A stretch of DNA of 42,306 nucleotides, taken from NCBI GenBank assembly GCA_023251895.1, contig JAHEXX010000003.1, positions 1-42,306 of the forward strand, in the 5' to 3' direction. Source of the stretch: a bacterium (lineage in GTDB: Bacteria > Actinomycetota > UBA4738 > HRBIN12). Positions 27,587 through 38,091 of the stretch are shown here, piece after piece (position 1 is the stretch's first letter; each line of letters begins with the position of its first letter). Under the pieces are notes generated by a model, which was not told the origin of the DNA, searched no databases, and was given only the letters and a program-made list of their open reading frames with translations. The position numbers were made by a program, and so were the translations under genes.

Positions 27587-29065
27587 TTATCCGCCCCGGG
27601 AGGCGGGGCCCGGCGGCGGGTGCAGCGGAAGGATGAGCGGCGGCAGGGAATCCTGGTTGAAGTCGAACTCCTTCCACAGGTTCCCCAGGATCTTCACATC
27701 CTCCCGGACTGTGGGCCGCGAGTCGGGACGACCGTCGGTCTTGGGGTTCAACCGAGCTCCGCCCATGAACCGATCCTCGATCAGCTTCAGGTACGCATCG
27801 AACGAGAGGACCTGATGGTCGATGAGGCCCGCCCGCGCCCACGGGCTGATCAGGATGCCGGGAGTCCTGAACCCGAACCCGTTCTGGTCCACCACCGGCG
27901 GGACCACGTGATCGTAGAAGCCGCCCCAGTCGTCCCAGGTGATGAATATCGCGGTGCTGTTCCAGTCGGGGCCCTGCATCGCGGCATTCACCATCTGGGT
28001 GACGTACGTCTGGCCGAGCGAGAGCGGCTCTCCGGTGTCAGGATGCTCGCTCCGGCCCACGCTCGGCATGATCCACGACACGGCGGGAAGGGTCCCCGCA
28101 GCCGCGGCGTTCAGATAGGCGTCGTGGCCCTGGACGTGGCCGAGCTGACGAGTTTCGCGGACGTCGGTGAAGCCGGGCAAGGGGTTCTTGTTGGCAGACG
28201 TCGTGTCGTCCCCGGCGGGACACCGGTGCGCGTCGATGCAGGTGTCGGGACCCACGTAGTATCCCCAGCTGACCCCGTACCGGTGCAGGAGCCAGGTGAT
28301 GTCGGTCCAGGCGTAGAGGGGCTTCTGGACGCCCTTGTTCTGTATCCGCAGGAAGTCGCCCAGGCCCAGGTCGGACCGGCAGCTCATCGGATCCTTGGGA
28401 TCGCGACACCTCGCCGACCATGCGGAAACCAGGAACAGGTGGGAGGGCAACGTCCACGAATCCATAGGGGCGAACATGCGATCCTGCAGGACGAAGTGCT
28501 CCGCGTAGGACCAGTAGTTCGGGATCTCCCGCGCGTCGTGGTACCCGACCACCGTCGGCTCGCCGTGCGGCCCCCGCTTCGTGGCGCACTTCGGCAGGCT
28601 CCGGTGCGTCCCGCACAGGCTACCGACAGAGACATACGTCTGTATGAACCCGTTCATCTTCCCGCCGTTCAGGTCCTTCTTGAACGCGTTCTCCGTATGC
28701 GGTCCGCCCTCGTTGATCAGGTTGGGATCGTGATAGACACCGACGCACCGGCCGAGGGTCGGGTCCGGGATGCACACGTCGAACCGCCCGTCCGGCTTGC
28801 GCGGGATGCCGTCGGCGCCCGGGAATGTGCCGAAGTAGTGATCGAACGACCGGTTTTCCTGCACGATGAAGATGAGGTGCTGGATCTTCTGGTAGCCCTC
28901 CGGCACCCCCTTCGGGGGCTTGACCCTCTCGGAGGGGGTGGGCTGGACGGTGGACGGGTCGGGCCTCGAAGCCTCCGAGCCCGGGCCCGGCTGACCCTTG
29001 GTCTGGGTGCAGGCTGCCGCGAGCACCGCGATCGCGACCAGCAGCGTCGAGAGCCTTGCTCTCAC
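27587..29065 (-). CDS. Phosphoesterase family lipoprotein (phospholipase C/AcpA-like)
   Basis: Lipobox [36 protein letters not shown] and GFRTP. GTGA overlap. Confidence 0.9.
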   Translation of the reverse strand: MRARLSTLLVAIAVLAAACTQTKGQPGPGSEASRPDPSTVQPTPSERVKPPKGVPEGYQKIQHLIFIVQENRSFDHYFGTFPGADGIPRKPDGRFDVCIPDPTLGRCVGVYHDPNLINEGGPHTENAFKKDLNGGKMNGFIQTYVSVGSLCGTHRSLPKCATKRGPHGEPTVVGYHDAREIPNYWSYAEHFVLQDRMFAPMDSWTLPSHLFLVSAWSARCRDPKDPMSCRSDLGLGDFLRIQNKGVQKPLYAWTDITWLLHRYGVSWGYYVGPDTCIDAHRCPAGDDTTSANKNPLPGFTDVRETRQLGHVQGHDAYLNAAAAGTLPAVSWIMPSVGRSEHPDTGEPLSLGQTYVTQMVNAAMQGPDWNSTAIFITWDDWGGFYDHVVPPVVDQNGFGFRTPGILISPWARAGLIDHQVLSFDAYLKLIEDRFMGGARLNPKTDGRPDSRPTVREDVKILGNLWKEFDFNQDSLPPLILPLHPPPGPASRGG

Positions 29066-30711
29066 GGGCGCGCTTCCGGCAGGCATGGCAGGGACTCCAT
29101 CATCGACGAGGGGAAAACGGCCTGGAAGACGCGGTCGCTCCCGTGCCCGGGCGGGATCGTCGTTCCCGCGCCCGCCGTCATCGACTTCGTGAACGTCATG
29201 AGGTACTGGGAGACCTGATCGAGGGACACGTGGTTCCTCTTGACCTCGTCCCTGTTCATGATGACCTGAGTCTGGTTCAAGCCCTCGACGAGCCTCACGT
29301 TGTCGCCGTCGCGATCGAACCGACCGTTGATGCGAGCAGCCAGCTCGCTGGTCGAGATCTGGAAGCCCCCGGTCACCTTCGGGCTGGGGAGCGCCCCGTG
29401 GTCCGCGGTGACCACCATCGCCCAATTCCCCGCGCCCACCTGGCGGTTGAGGAACTCCACGAACGTCTTCAGCGCCCGGTCCTGGGCCACCACCGCGTCC
29501 TTCATCTCCGGGCTGTTCATCGTCCATACGTGGCTGATGTAGTCGATCTCCTTGTAGTTCAGGAACAGGAGGTCGGGCACTTCGTCGGTCCCGAACCCCT
29601 CGCGCTTCACGATCTCTTCGATCACCCTGGTCTCGTACGGAGTGCGCGCCGGCGTGTCGAAGCCCTTCAGCAGGGGCTCGATCTGGTTGTTCCGCCACTT
29701 GCCGTCGAGCCTCCCGTCGGCCCGGTCGAGGGCCTGGACGTCGCCCTCGAAGCCCGGCACAGCGTTCGTGTACGCCGGGAACCTGTAGTAGGGCTGTACG
29801 TTGTCTGGGAGGTTCCACCGGAACCCCTCGGCGCCAAGGGTGTCGGCCTGGACCGTGCGCAGCACAGCGATGTCGCGATCGCCCCCGCCCCAATCGCTGC
29901 CGTGACCCATCATGCCGAGATGGATGCTGACCGTGCCGACCAGGCCCACCAGTGCCTGGTCCCCGGTGTGGCGGTCGAAGAGGTCCGCGAGCGTCGGGAG
30001 GATCAGGTAGGACAGCCCGTTGGAGTAGGGGCCGGTGATCTGGTCCCCGATCACCAGGTGATGCCCGACGATCCCGTGCTTGTTGGGGTACGCCCCGGTG
30101 CCCATCGTGGCGTGGATCTGGGCCGTGCTGGTGGGCGACGACCCCACGGTGGCGTGCTCGTACCACGTGCCCTTCGGGATCAGGGACTTGAGGTACGGCC
30201 ATTCGTCCTTCCACGCATCGAGGACGTCGCGGCCCCCCGCGTCCCACACCATCGTCACGATGAGCTTGGGTGGCGACTTGCGGTCGGCCGCCGGGACCAA
30301 GGCCTCGGTCATCGGGGTCCCGTCCGGCGCATGGAAATCGAAGTGCAGCAGATCGGCTTCCGTGGGCGCGATGTCGGCCGACGTGACCGGCCTGTTCACC
30401 CGGTCCTGCCCCCGGATGAAGCCGGGCCCGTACCAGAACATCGGCACGTCCTGGACGTATGGCCACGGCCCCACGTGGGGAAGCCCGGACCCCACGAAGT
30501 TCGGCTGGAGCGCGACGATCTGGATCTGGCCGCTCCGATCCGGCCGGTAACCTCGCCACATACGCAGGAGCCATTGGTGGGGAAGGCTGCACGCGACCTG
30601 GCGGAGGTCGGCGATCAGCACCGCCCGCGTGGGTGCGCTGGAGGCGATGGCCTGAGGAACCGACAGCAAGGCGAGACAGCAGAGGACGCTGAGCGTTCGC
30701 CTGGGGGTCAC
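29062..30711 (-). CDS. Exported alkaline phosphatase superfamily enzyme (PafA/NPP-like), circularly permuted
   Basis: [31 protein letters not shown] and VTADHG motifs. The RSG...H.GPW.Y..VP...DIAPT block sits at the N-terminus. Confidence 0.85.
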   Translation of the reverse strand: MTPRRTLSVLCCLALLSVPQAIASSAPTRAVLIADLRQVACSLPHQWLLRMWRGYRPDRSGQIQIVALQPNFVGSGLPHVGPWPYVQDVPMFWYGPGFIRGQDRVNRPVTSADIAPTEADLLHFDFHAPDGTPMTEALVPAADRKSPPKLIVTMVWDAGGRDVLDAWKDEWPYLKSLIPKGTWYEHATVGSSPTSTAQIHATMGTGAYPNKHGIVGHHLVIGDQITGPYSNGLSYLILPTLADLFDRHTGDQALVGLVGTVSIHLGMMGHGSDWGGGDRDIAVLRTVQADTLGAEGFRWNLPDNVQPYYRFPAYTNAVPGFEGDVQALDRADGRLDGKWRNNQIEPLLKGFDTPARTPYETRVIEEIVKREGFGTDEVPDLLFLNYKEIDYISHVWTMNSPEMKDAVVAQDRALKTFVEFLNRQVGAGNWAMVVTADHGALPSPKVTGGFQISTSELAARINGRFDRDGDNVRLVEGLNQTQVIMNRDEVKRNHVSLDQVSQYLMTFTKSMTAGAGTTIPPGHGSDRVFQAVFPSSMMESLPCLPEARP

Positions 30712-30790
30712 AAGCAGACAACCAAACTACAAATGTCCCGGAACGGCAACCATCGACGGGGGGCCGGTTCCGGTTTCGAGCCGAGATAAG

Positions 30791-32149
30791 GTGAGGCCCG
30801 TGTCGACTCCCCGACGCCTGCTCGGACTCCTCCTCGTGCTCGCGATCCTCGCCGTCCCCCCGGCGATCTTCCGGGCTATGTGCCTCGGGAACAGCTGCGC
30901 CGGAACCGGAGGCGGCACGACGCGGGTTCCGTTCTGCCCGCTGCCGCCCGAGCTCCGCTCCGACATCCAGGCCGGCTTCCGGACCGGACGCTCCCCCGAC
31001 GTGCTCGGCGTAACGGCCGGCACCCCGGTGATCGGCGGGACCGCCGAGGGGGAGCAGCGGTGGATCACAGCTCGGTGGCCATCGACCGCCGAGCTGCCGG
31101 ACACCCGGGTGCCGATCGCGTTCGCCGGGGCAGGGGTGTGGCGCGGAGCGCGGATCCCCCCGGGCACCGGACTGGATCAGATCGCGCCGACCGTTTCGGA
31201 CGTCCTGGGGTTCCCCCGCCCGCACCCCGGCGTCCGCGCCGGGGTGGCCGTCCCGGGGGTTCGCAGGACCGGGGCGACGCCGCCGAGGCTCGTACTGGAG
31301 GTGGCCTGGAAGGGGGTCGGTTCGGAAGACCTCGAGCGGGTGCCGGGGAGGTGGCCCTTCCTCCGTTCGATGATGGCCCAGGCCGGAACGATGGACGGCA
31401 CCACCGGATCCGTCCCCGTCGACCCGGCCGCCACACTGACTACGATCGGCACCGGCGGACTCCCGTCCCAGCACGGGATGACCGGAACCGCAGTCCGCAA
31501 CGACCGCGGCCGGGCCGTGCGGGCGTGGGGTCCGGGTTCGCCCATCTCGGTGATCGCGACGCTTGCCGACGATATGGACCAGGCGATGCATCAACGGCCG
31601 ATGATCGGCCTGGTCGCGACGGACCCCGCGGACCGGGGGATGGTGGGTGGCACCTGGTACGTGCCCCACGATCGGGACCGCGTCTCCTACACCGCCGGCA
31701 GGACATCGCAGCAGCGGGCGGTCGCAAACCTACTGGCGGACGGCTTCGGCGCGGATGGCGTCCCAGATATCCTGGCCGTCGTCATGCAGGGCCCCATCTT
31801 CCAGATGGACGCCGAGCTCCGCGAGATCGTGGGGGCGACGAACGCGGCGACCGGCGGTTCCACGATCGTCGTCGTGGCGGGAACCGGCTCCGCGCTCGCC
31901 CCGGACGGCTCGGGGGTCCCGGCGCAGCGTGTCGTCGCGCAGGTCGAGCGGGCCGTGGGCGGAGAGCGGCCGGTCGTGGCCGCGGCGGTGCCGGGCGGGC
32001 TCTTCCTGAACCAGCCTGCATTGGCCGCTGAGGGCATCTCCGGCCAGGCGGTTCAGCAAGCCGTGCTGGACCTCGATGGGCCGGGGGCCCAGCGCCTGTT
32101 CACCGATTCGTTCCAGGGGTTCGCCGTCTCGTTCGCGAGGTACTGCTGA
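30791..32149 (+). CDS. Degenerate alkaline phosphatase superfamily paralog (permuted; metal ligands lost)
   Basis: RSPDV...[10 protein letters not shown]...QIAPT, then [11 protein letters not shown] and [18 protein letters not shown] replaces TADHG. Confidence 0.7.
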   Translation: MRPVSTPRRLLGLLLVLAILAVPPAIFRAMCLGNSCAGTGGGTTRVPFCPLPPELRSDIQAGFRTGRSPDVLGVTAGTPVIGGTAEGEQRWITARWPSTAELPDTRVPIAFAGAGVWRGARIPPGTGLDQIAPTVSDVLGFPRPHPGVRAGVAVPGVRRTGATPPRLVLEVAWKGVGSEDLERVPGRWPFLRSMMAQAGTMDGTTGSVPVDPAATLTTIGTGGLPSQHGMTGTAVRNDRGRAVRAWGPGSPISVIATLADDMDQAMHQRPMIGLVATDPADRGMVGGTWYVPHDRDRVSYTAGRTSQQRAVANLLADGFGADGVPDILAVVMQGPIFQMDAELREIVGATNAATGGSTIVVVAGTGSALAPDGSGVPAQRVVAQVERAVGGERPVVAAAVPGGLFLNQPALAAEGISGQAVQQAVLDLDGPGAQRLFTDSFQGFAVSFARYC

Positions 32150-33162
32150 TGGCGCGGTCGGCGGTCCCGACCCACCGCGACGCCGCGTCGTCGCGCACGT
32201 CGGTCGCCGTCGTGGTGGGCTTGATCGGCGTCGCCCTTCTCTTGCGCCTGGCGGCGCCGGAGCGCATCGCGTGGGTGCAGACGTTCTTCATCGTCTTCGG
32301 GTCCTTGTTGATCCAGGCGCTCCCCTTCGTGCTGATCGGTGCGTTCGCCTCCGCAGCCATCGAGGTGTTCGTTCCGCCGAACGCGCTCGAGAAGCTCGCC
32401 CAGTTGCCCAGGACCCTCCAACTGCCGGCCGCGGGCTTGGCGGGCATGGCCTTCCCCCTGTGCGAGTGCGGCTCCGTGCCGGTCGCGAGGCGGCTCGCGG
32501 CCAAGGGCTTGATGCCGTCGGCGGCGGTCACCTTCATGCTTGCCGCACCGGTCGTGAACCCGGTGGTCATCGCCTCGACCTTCGTCGCCTACCGCGGACG
32601 GACCTCGCTGTGGACCATGGTCGGCGGCCGGTTCCTGCTCGGGCTGCTCGCCGCGATCGCGGTCGGATGGGTCATCGGAGGGCGTTCCAAGGACGAACTC
32701 CTCCGCCCCCGTGCCGACGACGCAGCCCACGACGAACATGTCGCGTTCGGACCCCCTGAGGCCAGGTGGCGGCAGTTCTTCGTGCACATGGGGATCGACT
32801 TCTTGTTCATGGGCCGGTACCTGGTACTGGGCGCGACGGTGGCCGGCGTCGTGCAGACGTTCCTCCCCCAGGCGATCATCGGTCACGTCGCCGGACTGCC
32901 GGTCGTGAGCATCCTGGTGATGATGGCGCTCGCGGCGGTCCTGTCTCTGTGCTCGGAGTCGGATGCTTTCATCGCGGCTTCATTCGTGCAGTTCACGACG
33001 TCTGCGCAGCTGGCCTTCCTCGTTTTCGGGCCGATGGTCGACCTGAAGCTCCTCGCCATGTACACGGGGACGTTCGATCGCCGCTTCGTGCGGACGCTGG
33101 TCCTCACGGCGGCGGCCGTGACGCTGGTGGGGGCGATGTGGATCGGGGTGGTCGCCGGATGA
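32149..33162 (+). CDS. Permease, UPF0718/DUF318 (YcgR-like)
   Basis: FPLCECGSVP, LAAPVVNP, LSLCSESDAF and GPMVDLK. Confidence 0.9.
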   Translation: MARSAVPTHRDAASSRTSVAVVVGLIGVALLLRLAAPERIAWVQTFFIVFGSLLIQALPFVLIGAFASAAIEVFVPPNALEKLAQLPRTLQLPAAGLAGMAFPLCECGSVPVARRLAAKGLMPSAAVTFMLAAPVVNPVVIASTFVAYRGRTSLWTMVGGRFLLGLLAAIAVGWVIGGRSKDELLRPRADDAAHDEHVAFGPPEARWRQFFVHMGIDFLFMGRYLVLGATVAGVVQTFLPQAIIGHVAGLPVVSILVMMALAAVLSLCSESDAFIAASFVQFTTSAQLAFLVFGPMVDLKLLAMYTGTFDRRFVRTLVLTAAAVTLVGAMWIGVVAG

Positions 33163-33869
33163 AGTGGTCGCTCAGCCCCGCCCGGATCACCGGGGCCCTG
33201 GTGCTCGCGGCGTGGGGGGCGCTGTTCTGGTTCCTCCTTCTGACAGGCCGCACCAACCTCTACCGTTCCACCCGAACGTCTTGGGTGGTGCCGGTGGGAG
33301 CGGTGCTGCTCACGCTGGGAGCCCTCGGCCGTCTGGCCGCGGCTCGCGTCGGCTCACCGCAGCCGCTCCGGGCGAGGGAGGCCTGGATCATGGGCTTGAT
33401 GGTGCTCCCCGTGGTCGTGCTTCTGGCGCTGCCGCCGGCCACCCTCGGCCAGTTCTCGGCTTCGAAGAAGACGTCGTTCTCATCGCGGCCGTTCCTGACG
33501 CAGTACGGGCAGTTCAACTCGACCGGTCCCATCACGCTCCTGAACGTCGCGGCGGCGCAGACGAACGATGTCGCCGGCAGGGCGCTAGCGAAGCGAGCCG
33601 GAACGAACGTCGATTTCATCGGCATCGTCACCCGGTACGACGACACGCCGGCCGACGAGTTCCTGCTCACTCGGTACGTGATCACGTGCTGCGTGGCGGA
33701 CGCCACGGTTGCCCAGGTCCGCGTGGTCAACGTGGTGCCGGGCAGGTTCTCCGCGGACGAGTGGGTCGAGGTGAGGGGCCCGATCTATCCCATCGGGCGC
33801 GAGATCATCGTGGACGCGTCTTCGATCCAACAGGTCGCCCAGCCCGACAAGCCGTACGTCACGCCCTAG
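33159..33869 (+). CDS. TIGR03943/DUF1980 (YcgQ-like) membrane protein
   Basis: Three N-terminal TM segments, LPPATLG and RYVITCCVADA. ATGA overlap with the permease. Confidence 0.88.
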   Translation: MKWSLSPARITGALVLAAWGALFWFLLLTGRTNLYRSTRTSWVVPVGAVLLTLGALGRLAAARVGSPQPLRAREAWIMGLMVLPVVVLLALPPATLGQFSASKKTSFSSRPFLTQYGQFNSTGPITLLNVAAAQTNDVAGRALAKRAGTNVDFIGIVTRYDDTPADEFLLTRYVITCCVADATVAQVRVVNVVPGRFSADEWVEVRGPIYPIGREIIVDASSIQQVAQPDKPYVTP

Positions 33870-34305
33870 CCGCGGAGCGGCGGCCCCGCGCCTGTCCGGA
33901 GCAGTCGGCGCACAAGCCGAACACCTCGGCCTGGTGCGAGGACAGCGCGAACCCCCGGCGGCGGGCGGCGCGGGCGGCCCACGGCTCCACCTCGCACGAC
34001 GGGATCTCGATGACCAGCCCGCAACCCTCGCAGATCAAGTGGTGGTGATGGCCCGGGTCGCACAGCTTGTAGGCGAGCTCGCCGTCCCCGGCCGGGAAGG
34101 TCCGGGCCAGACCGGCCTCGGCGAGGGCCTGCACCGTGCGGTACACGGTGGCAAGGCCGGGGCCGGGCCGCGATCGCGTCAGCCGGGCGTGCAGTGCCTG
34201 CGCCGTCACCGGCCGTCCCGACCGGGCCAGCGCTTCGGCGACCGCGGTCCGCTGCCGGGTGGGGCGCAGGCCGGCCTCGGCCAGCATGGAGGCGATCTCG
34301 TTCAC
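33866..34305 (-). CDS. zur: Fur-family regulator, probably zinc uptake regulator
   Basis: LRPTRQR, GLATVYRT, HHHHLICEGCG and CADC. Last gene of the znu operon. Confidence 0.85.
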
Positions 34306-35132
34306 GCTCCCACCCTCCGGGGATGCCTCCTCGCCGCGCGACGCCCGATCACGGTGGCCAGCACGAACACGGCGATGGCGGTCAGAACGATGGCGCCACC
34401 GGACGCCAGCGTGCCCTGCGCGATCGATCCCACCAGGCCGACCAGCGCGGACGCGAACCCCGCCGCGACGCCCCACAGCATCGACCCCCGGAACGAATGG
34501 GCCAGTCGGGAGCCGGCCGCGACCGGGATCACCAGGAGCGCCGCGATCAGAAGGAGCCCCACGACGTGCATCCCTGCCGCCACGAGCAGCGCGGTGAGGA
34601 CGAGCAACAGTACGTTCAGGCGGTCGACGGGGAGCCCGGATGCGCGGGCCGTCTCCTCGTCGAGGGCCACGGCGAGGAGCTCTTTGTAGAACACGGCCGT
34701 GACCCCGAGCACCGCCGCGCAGAGGACCGCGATGACCGCGATGTCGGTCCAGTCGGTCACCAGGATGTTGCCGAACAGGACCGTAAGAGCGGACGCGTCG
34801 AACCGATCGATAGCCGACAGCACCACGATCCCGAGCGCGATACCGAAGTAGAAGATCAGCGCGAGCGACAGGTCGCCGGCCAGGCGGCCGCGGGCTCGGA
34901 GCACCTCGAGCACGAAGCCCCCCAGGACGGCCGCGCCCAGCGCGCCCCACACCGGCGAGATCCCCATCCACAGCCCGAGCGCCACGCCGGCGAAGGCCAG
35001 GTGCCCCATCCCGTCGCCTATCAGGGAGAGCCGCCGCTGGACCAGGAAGCTCCCGATGACCGGCGCCGTCACCGCCACCAGCCCCCCGGCCAGGTAGGCG
35101 CGGATCGCGAACGGGACCAGCAGGCGCGTCAC
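34302..35132 (-). CDS. znuB: Zn/Mn ABC transporter permease
   Basis: RRLSLIGDGMGHLAFAG, LFGNIL, DEETARASG and VGLLLIAALLVIP. Confidence 0.88.
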   Translation of the reverse strand: MTRLLVPFAIRAYLAGGLVAVTAPVIGSFLVQRRLSLIGDGMGHLAFAGVALGLWMGISPVWGALGAAVLGGFVLEVLRARGRLAGDLSLALIFYFGIALGIVVLSAIDRFDASALTVLFGNILVTDWTDIAVIAVLCAAVLGVTAVFYKELLAVALDEETARASGLPVDRLNVLLLVLTALLVAAGMHVVGLLLIAALLVIPVAAGSRLAHSFRGSMLWGVAAGFASALVGLVGSIAQGTLASGGAIVLTAIAVFVLATVIGRRAARRHPRRVGA

Positions 35133-35842
35133 CGGGAGCCGCCCCCTCCGAGGGCCAGGTGCGTGTGGAATTCCTCGTGCGTGATCTGGCGGACCCTGCC
35201 GTCCTCGATCACCAGGATCCGGTCGCACTCCTGGTGGAAATCATCCGGATCGTGCGAGACCGCTACGACGGTCGCGCCGGCGTCCGCTCGCCGCCGGAGC
35301 TCCTGGGCAAGGGCCGGACGCAGGCGCTGGTCGATCCCTGTGGTGGGCTCGTCGAGGAGCAGGATGTCGGGATCCGCGACCAAGGCCCGAGCCAGGATGG
35401 CCCGTTGCTGCTGGCCCCCGGAGAGCTCGAACAGACACTCGGCCGACAGGTCGCCTAAACCCACCGACTCGAGTGCGGCGTTCACCTTGCTCCAGTCCCG
35501 GCGGTCCATCCTGCGAAGCAGCCCCTTCGACGGGGTGAGGCCGGCCGCCACCACCTCCGTGACCGAGACCGGCAGGGAGGTGGCCATACGGAGCCCTTGC
35601 GGCGCATAGCCGATCCGCCGCCGGATCGCCGGGTCGAGGGGCGAGCCGCCGAGCACCGTGACCGACCCATCCGCCGGCCGAAGGAGCCCGACGCACAGCT
35701 TGAGCAGCGTCGACTTGCCGCTCCCGTTCGCACCGGCCAGCACTGCGAACTCGCCGGCCGAGAGATCGAGGTCGACGCCGTCGAGGATGGGTTCCGCTCC
35801 GTACCCGAACCGCACCCCGGTCAGCTCCACGGTCACCGGCAT
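35129..35842 (-). CDS. znuC: Zn/Mn ABC transporter ATP-binding protein
   Basis: GANGSGKS, LSGGQQQR, LDEPTTGID and VSHD. Confidence 0.88.
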   Translation of the reverse strand: MPVTVELTGVRFGYGAEPILDGVDLDLSAGEFAVLAGANGSGKSTLLKLCVGLLRPADGSVTVLGGSPLDPAIRRRIGYAPQGLRMATSLPVSVTEVVAAGLTPSKGLLRRMDRRDWSKVNAALESVGLGDLSAECLFELSGGQQQRAILARALVADPDILLLDEPTTGIDQRLRPALAQELRRRADAGATVVAVSHDPDDFHQECDRILVIEDGRVRQITHEEFHTHLALGGGGSR

Positions 35843-36726
35843 CGCAGTCCCTCCCGGAGGGTGGTCAGGTTCGCGCGCATGACCGTACGGTAGTCGCCCG
35901 ACCTCGGCGCGAACTCAAGGGTCGACATCGGGAGCGCTGGAACGCCGGCGTCCGCGGCCACGCTCTCCCCGATCCGGCGCCCCTCCTCGGTTCCCTCGTA
36001 GAAGACGGCCGGCGCCGCTTCCCCCGACGAGATCGCGTCGAGGGCGACCTGGATGGCGGCCGCGCTCGGCTCGCTCTCGGGGGTGAGCCCCTCGATGCCG
36101 AGCTGCGTGAGGCCGTACCGCGCCGCCAGGTAGCCGAAGGCCTCGTGGGTCACGACGAAGGTGCGGGCGCCGCAGCCGCTGAGGCCGTCGCGGTAAGCCG
36201 CGTCCAGCGCGCGGAGGGCCGCGAGCGCGGCGCCGGCGCGCCGCTCGTAGCCAGACGTGCCCTCGGGATCGGCTGCCGCGAACGCGTCGGTCACCCTCGT
36301 GACCACGTGTTCCATCAGGACGGGGTCGAGCCACACGTGCGGGTCGAAGGAGAGGTTGTGCGCTTCCGAGGGCTGGAGCTTCATCCCCTGGCTCACCGCC
36401 ACCACTGTGCCGCTCGCCTCCCGCGCGGCCCGCTCGATGTCGGGCTGGAACCCCAAGTCGCCCAGCAGGACGACGACGTCCGCGGTCTGGAGGTCGGCCC
36501 GTTCGTTCGCGGTGAGCGTCGTGTCGTGGGCCTCCACGCCGGGCGGGGTGAGGTCCTCCACCTGCACCCGGGGACCGCCCGCCGCCTGGGCCGCCCACGC
36601 CAGCGGGTACATCGACGCCACGACCCGAAGCGCTCCTCCCACGCTCGTCCCGCGGCATGCCACGGCCGTCGCCCCGAGGGCGACGGCCATTGCGAGCAGG
36701 ATCCTGAGGGCTCGGGCCACAAACAC
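35833..36726 (-). CDS. znuA: Zn/Mn ABC transporter substrate-binding lipoprotein
   Basis: Lipobox AVAC, PGVEAHD, DPHVWLD and THEAFGY. Confidence 0.88.
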   Translation of the reverse strand: MFVARALRILLAMAVALGATAVACRGTSVGGALRVVASMYPLAWAAQAAGGPRVQVEDLTPPGVEAHDTTLTANERADLQTADVVVLLGDLGFQPDIERAAREASGTVVAVSQGMKLQPSEAHNLSFDPHVWLDPVLMEHVVTRVTDAFAAADPEGTSGYERRAGAALAALRALDAAYRDGLSGCGARTFVVTHEAFGYLAARYGLTQLGIEGLTPESEPSAAAIQVALDAISSGEAAPAVFYEGTEEGRRIGESVAADAGVPALPMSTLEFAPRSGDYRTVMRANLTTLREGLRCR

Positions 36727-36737
36727 TCACCCTAGTC

Positions 36738-36756
36738 GAGAATGATTATCATTTCA
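36738..36756. promoter_or_regulatory. Zur/Fur box
   Basis: AT-rich palindrome AATGAT-T-ATCATT (36741-36753) just upstream of znuA. Confidence 0.8.
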
Positions 36757-36812
36757 ATTCCGGGTCGACGCCCGGGTTGTGTGCGACGCAGCGCGACCGG
36801 TAGGTTTGGGGG

Positions 36813-37847
36813 GTGGCGGTGAAGATCGGCATCGGTCTGTTCACCGGGCAGATCCCTGCGGGATCGCCTCGGACCTTCGAGCGGGAGTTCCGAGAGACGC
36901 TCGACCTGGTTCGCTTGGCCGAGGCCCTGGGGTTCGACTCGGCGTGGGTCAGCGAGCACCACGGCTCATCCGATGGGTACTTCCCGTCGCTGCTCGTGAT
37001 GCTGGGGGCACTGGCGGCGGCCACCGACCGGATCGAACTTGGAACCGGGCTCGTGCTCGCGCCGTTGCACGATCCGCTGCGCCTGGCGGAGGACGCAGTC
37101 ACGGTGGACCAGCTTTCCGGCGGCCGGTTGATCCTGGGACTGGGACTGGGGTGGCGGGCCGAGGAGTTCCGGATGTTCCGCGTACCACGCTCGGAGCGTT
37201 CGCAACGCACGGACGAGACCATCGAGATCCTGCGGAAGGCCTGGACCGGGAAGCGGTTCTCGCACGAGGGGAAGGTGTTCCGGTACGACCGGGTGCGGGT
37301 GATGCCGCCGCCGGCCCGTCCTGGTGGACCACCGATCTACGTGGGCGGGTACGCTCCGGCGGCCCTTCGGCGGGCCGGGCGCCTGGCCGACGGCTACCTC
37401 CTCGACGCGGGCACCGTCGAGGAGGTGAGTCGGGCGCTGGCGCAGGTCGAGCAGGCGGCTCGCGACTCCGAGCGGGACCCCGAGGCCATCGGCCTGGCCC
37501 TCGGCCACAACGTGTGGGTCTCGACCGACCCCGATCCCTGGTCACAGGTCCGCGATGGGGTTGCGCACCAGCTCGGCGCGTACGCGGCGTGGGAGGAGGG
37601 ACACGACACGCCGGAACACGACTCGCTCGAGCCGGCGACCGACGGGGAGGAGTTCCGGCGCGCGACCGCCGCGGGAACGCCGGCCGAAGTCTCACAGCGT
37701 CTCCGCCCCCTGGCCGAGGCGTTCGGGGACCGTCGGGAATTCCACTTGATCGTGCGGCTGCACTACCCGGGGATGGACCTCGAGACCGCGGCGGCGGCCA
37801 CCGAGCTGTTCGCCGAAGGGGTCATCCCCGCCTTGAGGGGCAGCTAG
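36813..37847 (+). CDS. LLM-class (luciferase-like) flavin-dependent oxidoreductase
   Basis: GFDSAWVSEHH, PLRLAED, SGGRLILGLGLG and PPIYVGG. TAGGTT lies 6 nt before the GTG. Confidence 0.9.
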   Translation: MAVKIGIGLFTGQIPAGSPRTFEREFRETLDLVRLAEALGFDSAWVSEHHGSSDGYFPSLLVMLGALAAATDRIELGTGLVLAPLHDPLRLAEDAVTVDQLSGGRLILGLGLGWRAEEFRMFRVPRSERSQRTDETIEILRKAWTGKRFSHEGKVFRYDRVRVMPPPARPGGPPIYVGGYAPAALRRAGRLADGYLLDAGTVEEVSRALAQVEQAARDSERDPEAIGLALGHNVWVSTDPDPWSQVRDGVAHQLGAYAAWEEGHDTPEHDSLEPATDGEEFRRATAAGTPAEVSQRLRPLAEAFGDRREFHLIVRLHYPGMDLETAAAATELFAEGVIPALRGS

Positions 37848-37856
37848 CGCCCTTCA

Positions 37857-38084
37857 TCACCTGGTCTCGTCCAAGACCTTCTTCCGCTCGCGGTACTCCT
37901 GCTCGGAGATCTCGCCGCGCGCGAACCGCTCCGCCAGGATCCGATGGTCGGCCCGCTCCGGCGATCCGCTCGACGAGCTGCCGGACACAGCCCGGACGAG
38001 CAGGAACACGATCAGGGCAATGAGGGCCCACGAGAACACCATCCAGAAGACCCCCCAGCCGGTCATCCACCCGTAGGGCATCAT
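37857..38084 (-). CDS. SHOCT-domain membrane protein
   Basis: One TM segment, then ILAERFARGEISEQEYRERK. Confidence 0.85.
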   Translation of the reverse strand: MMPYGWMTGWGVFWMVFSWALIALIVFLLVRAVSGSSSSGSPERADHRILAERFARGEISEQEYRERKKVLDETR

Positions 38085-38091
38085 CTTGCCC

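Noticed and set aside
23837-29218. Long plus-strand ORFs (840, 611 and 773 aa)
   Set aside because: Antisense shadows of high-GC3 genes, with no recognisable motifs.
29066-31669. N-terminal part of the 1360-aa ORF 27587..31669
   Set aside because: Shadow frame over two better-supported genes. The lipoprotein signal begins at GTG 29065.
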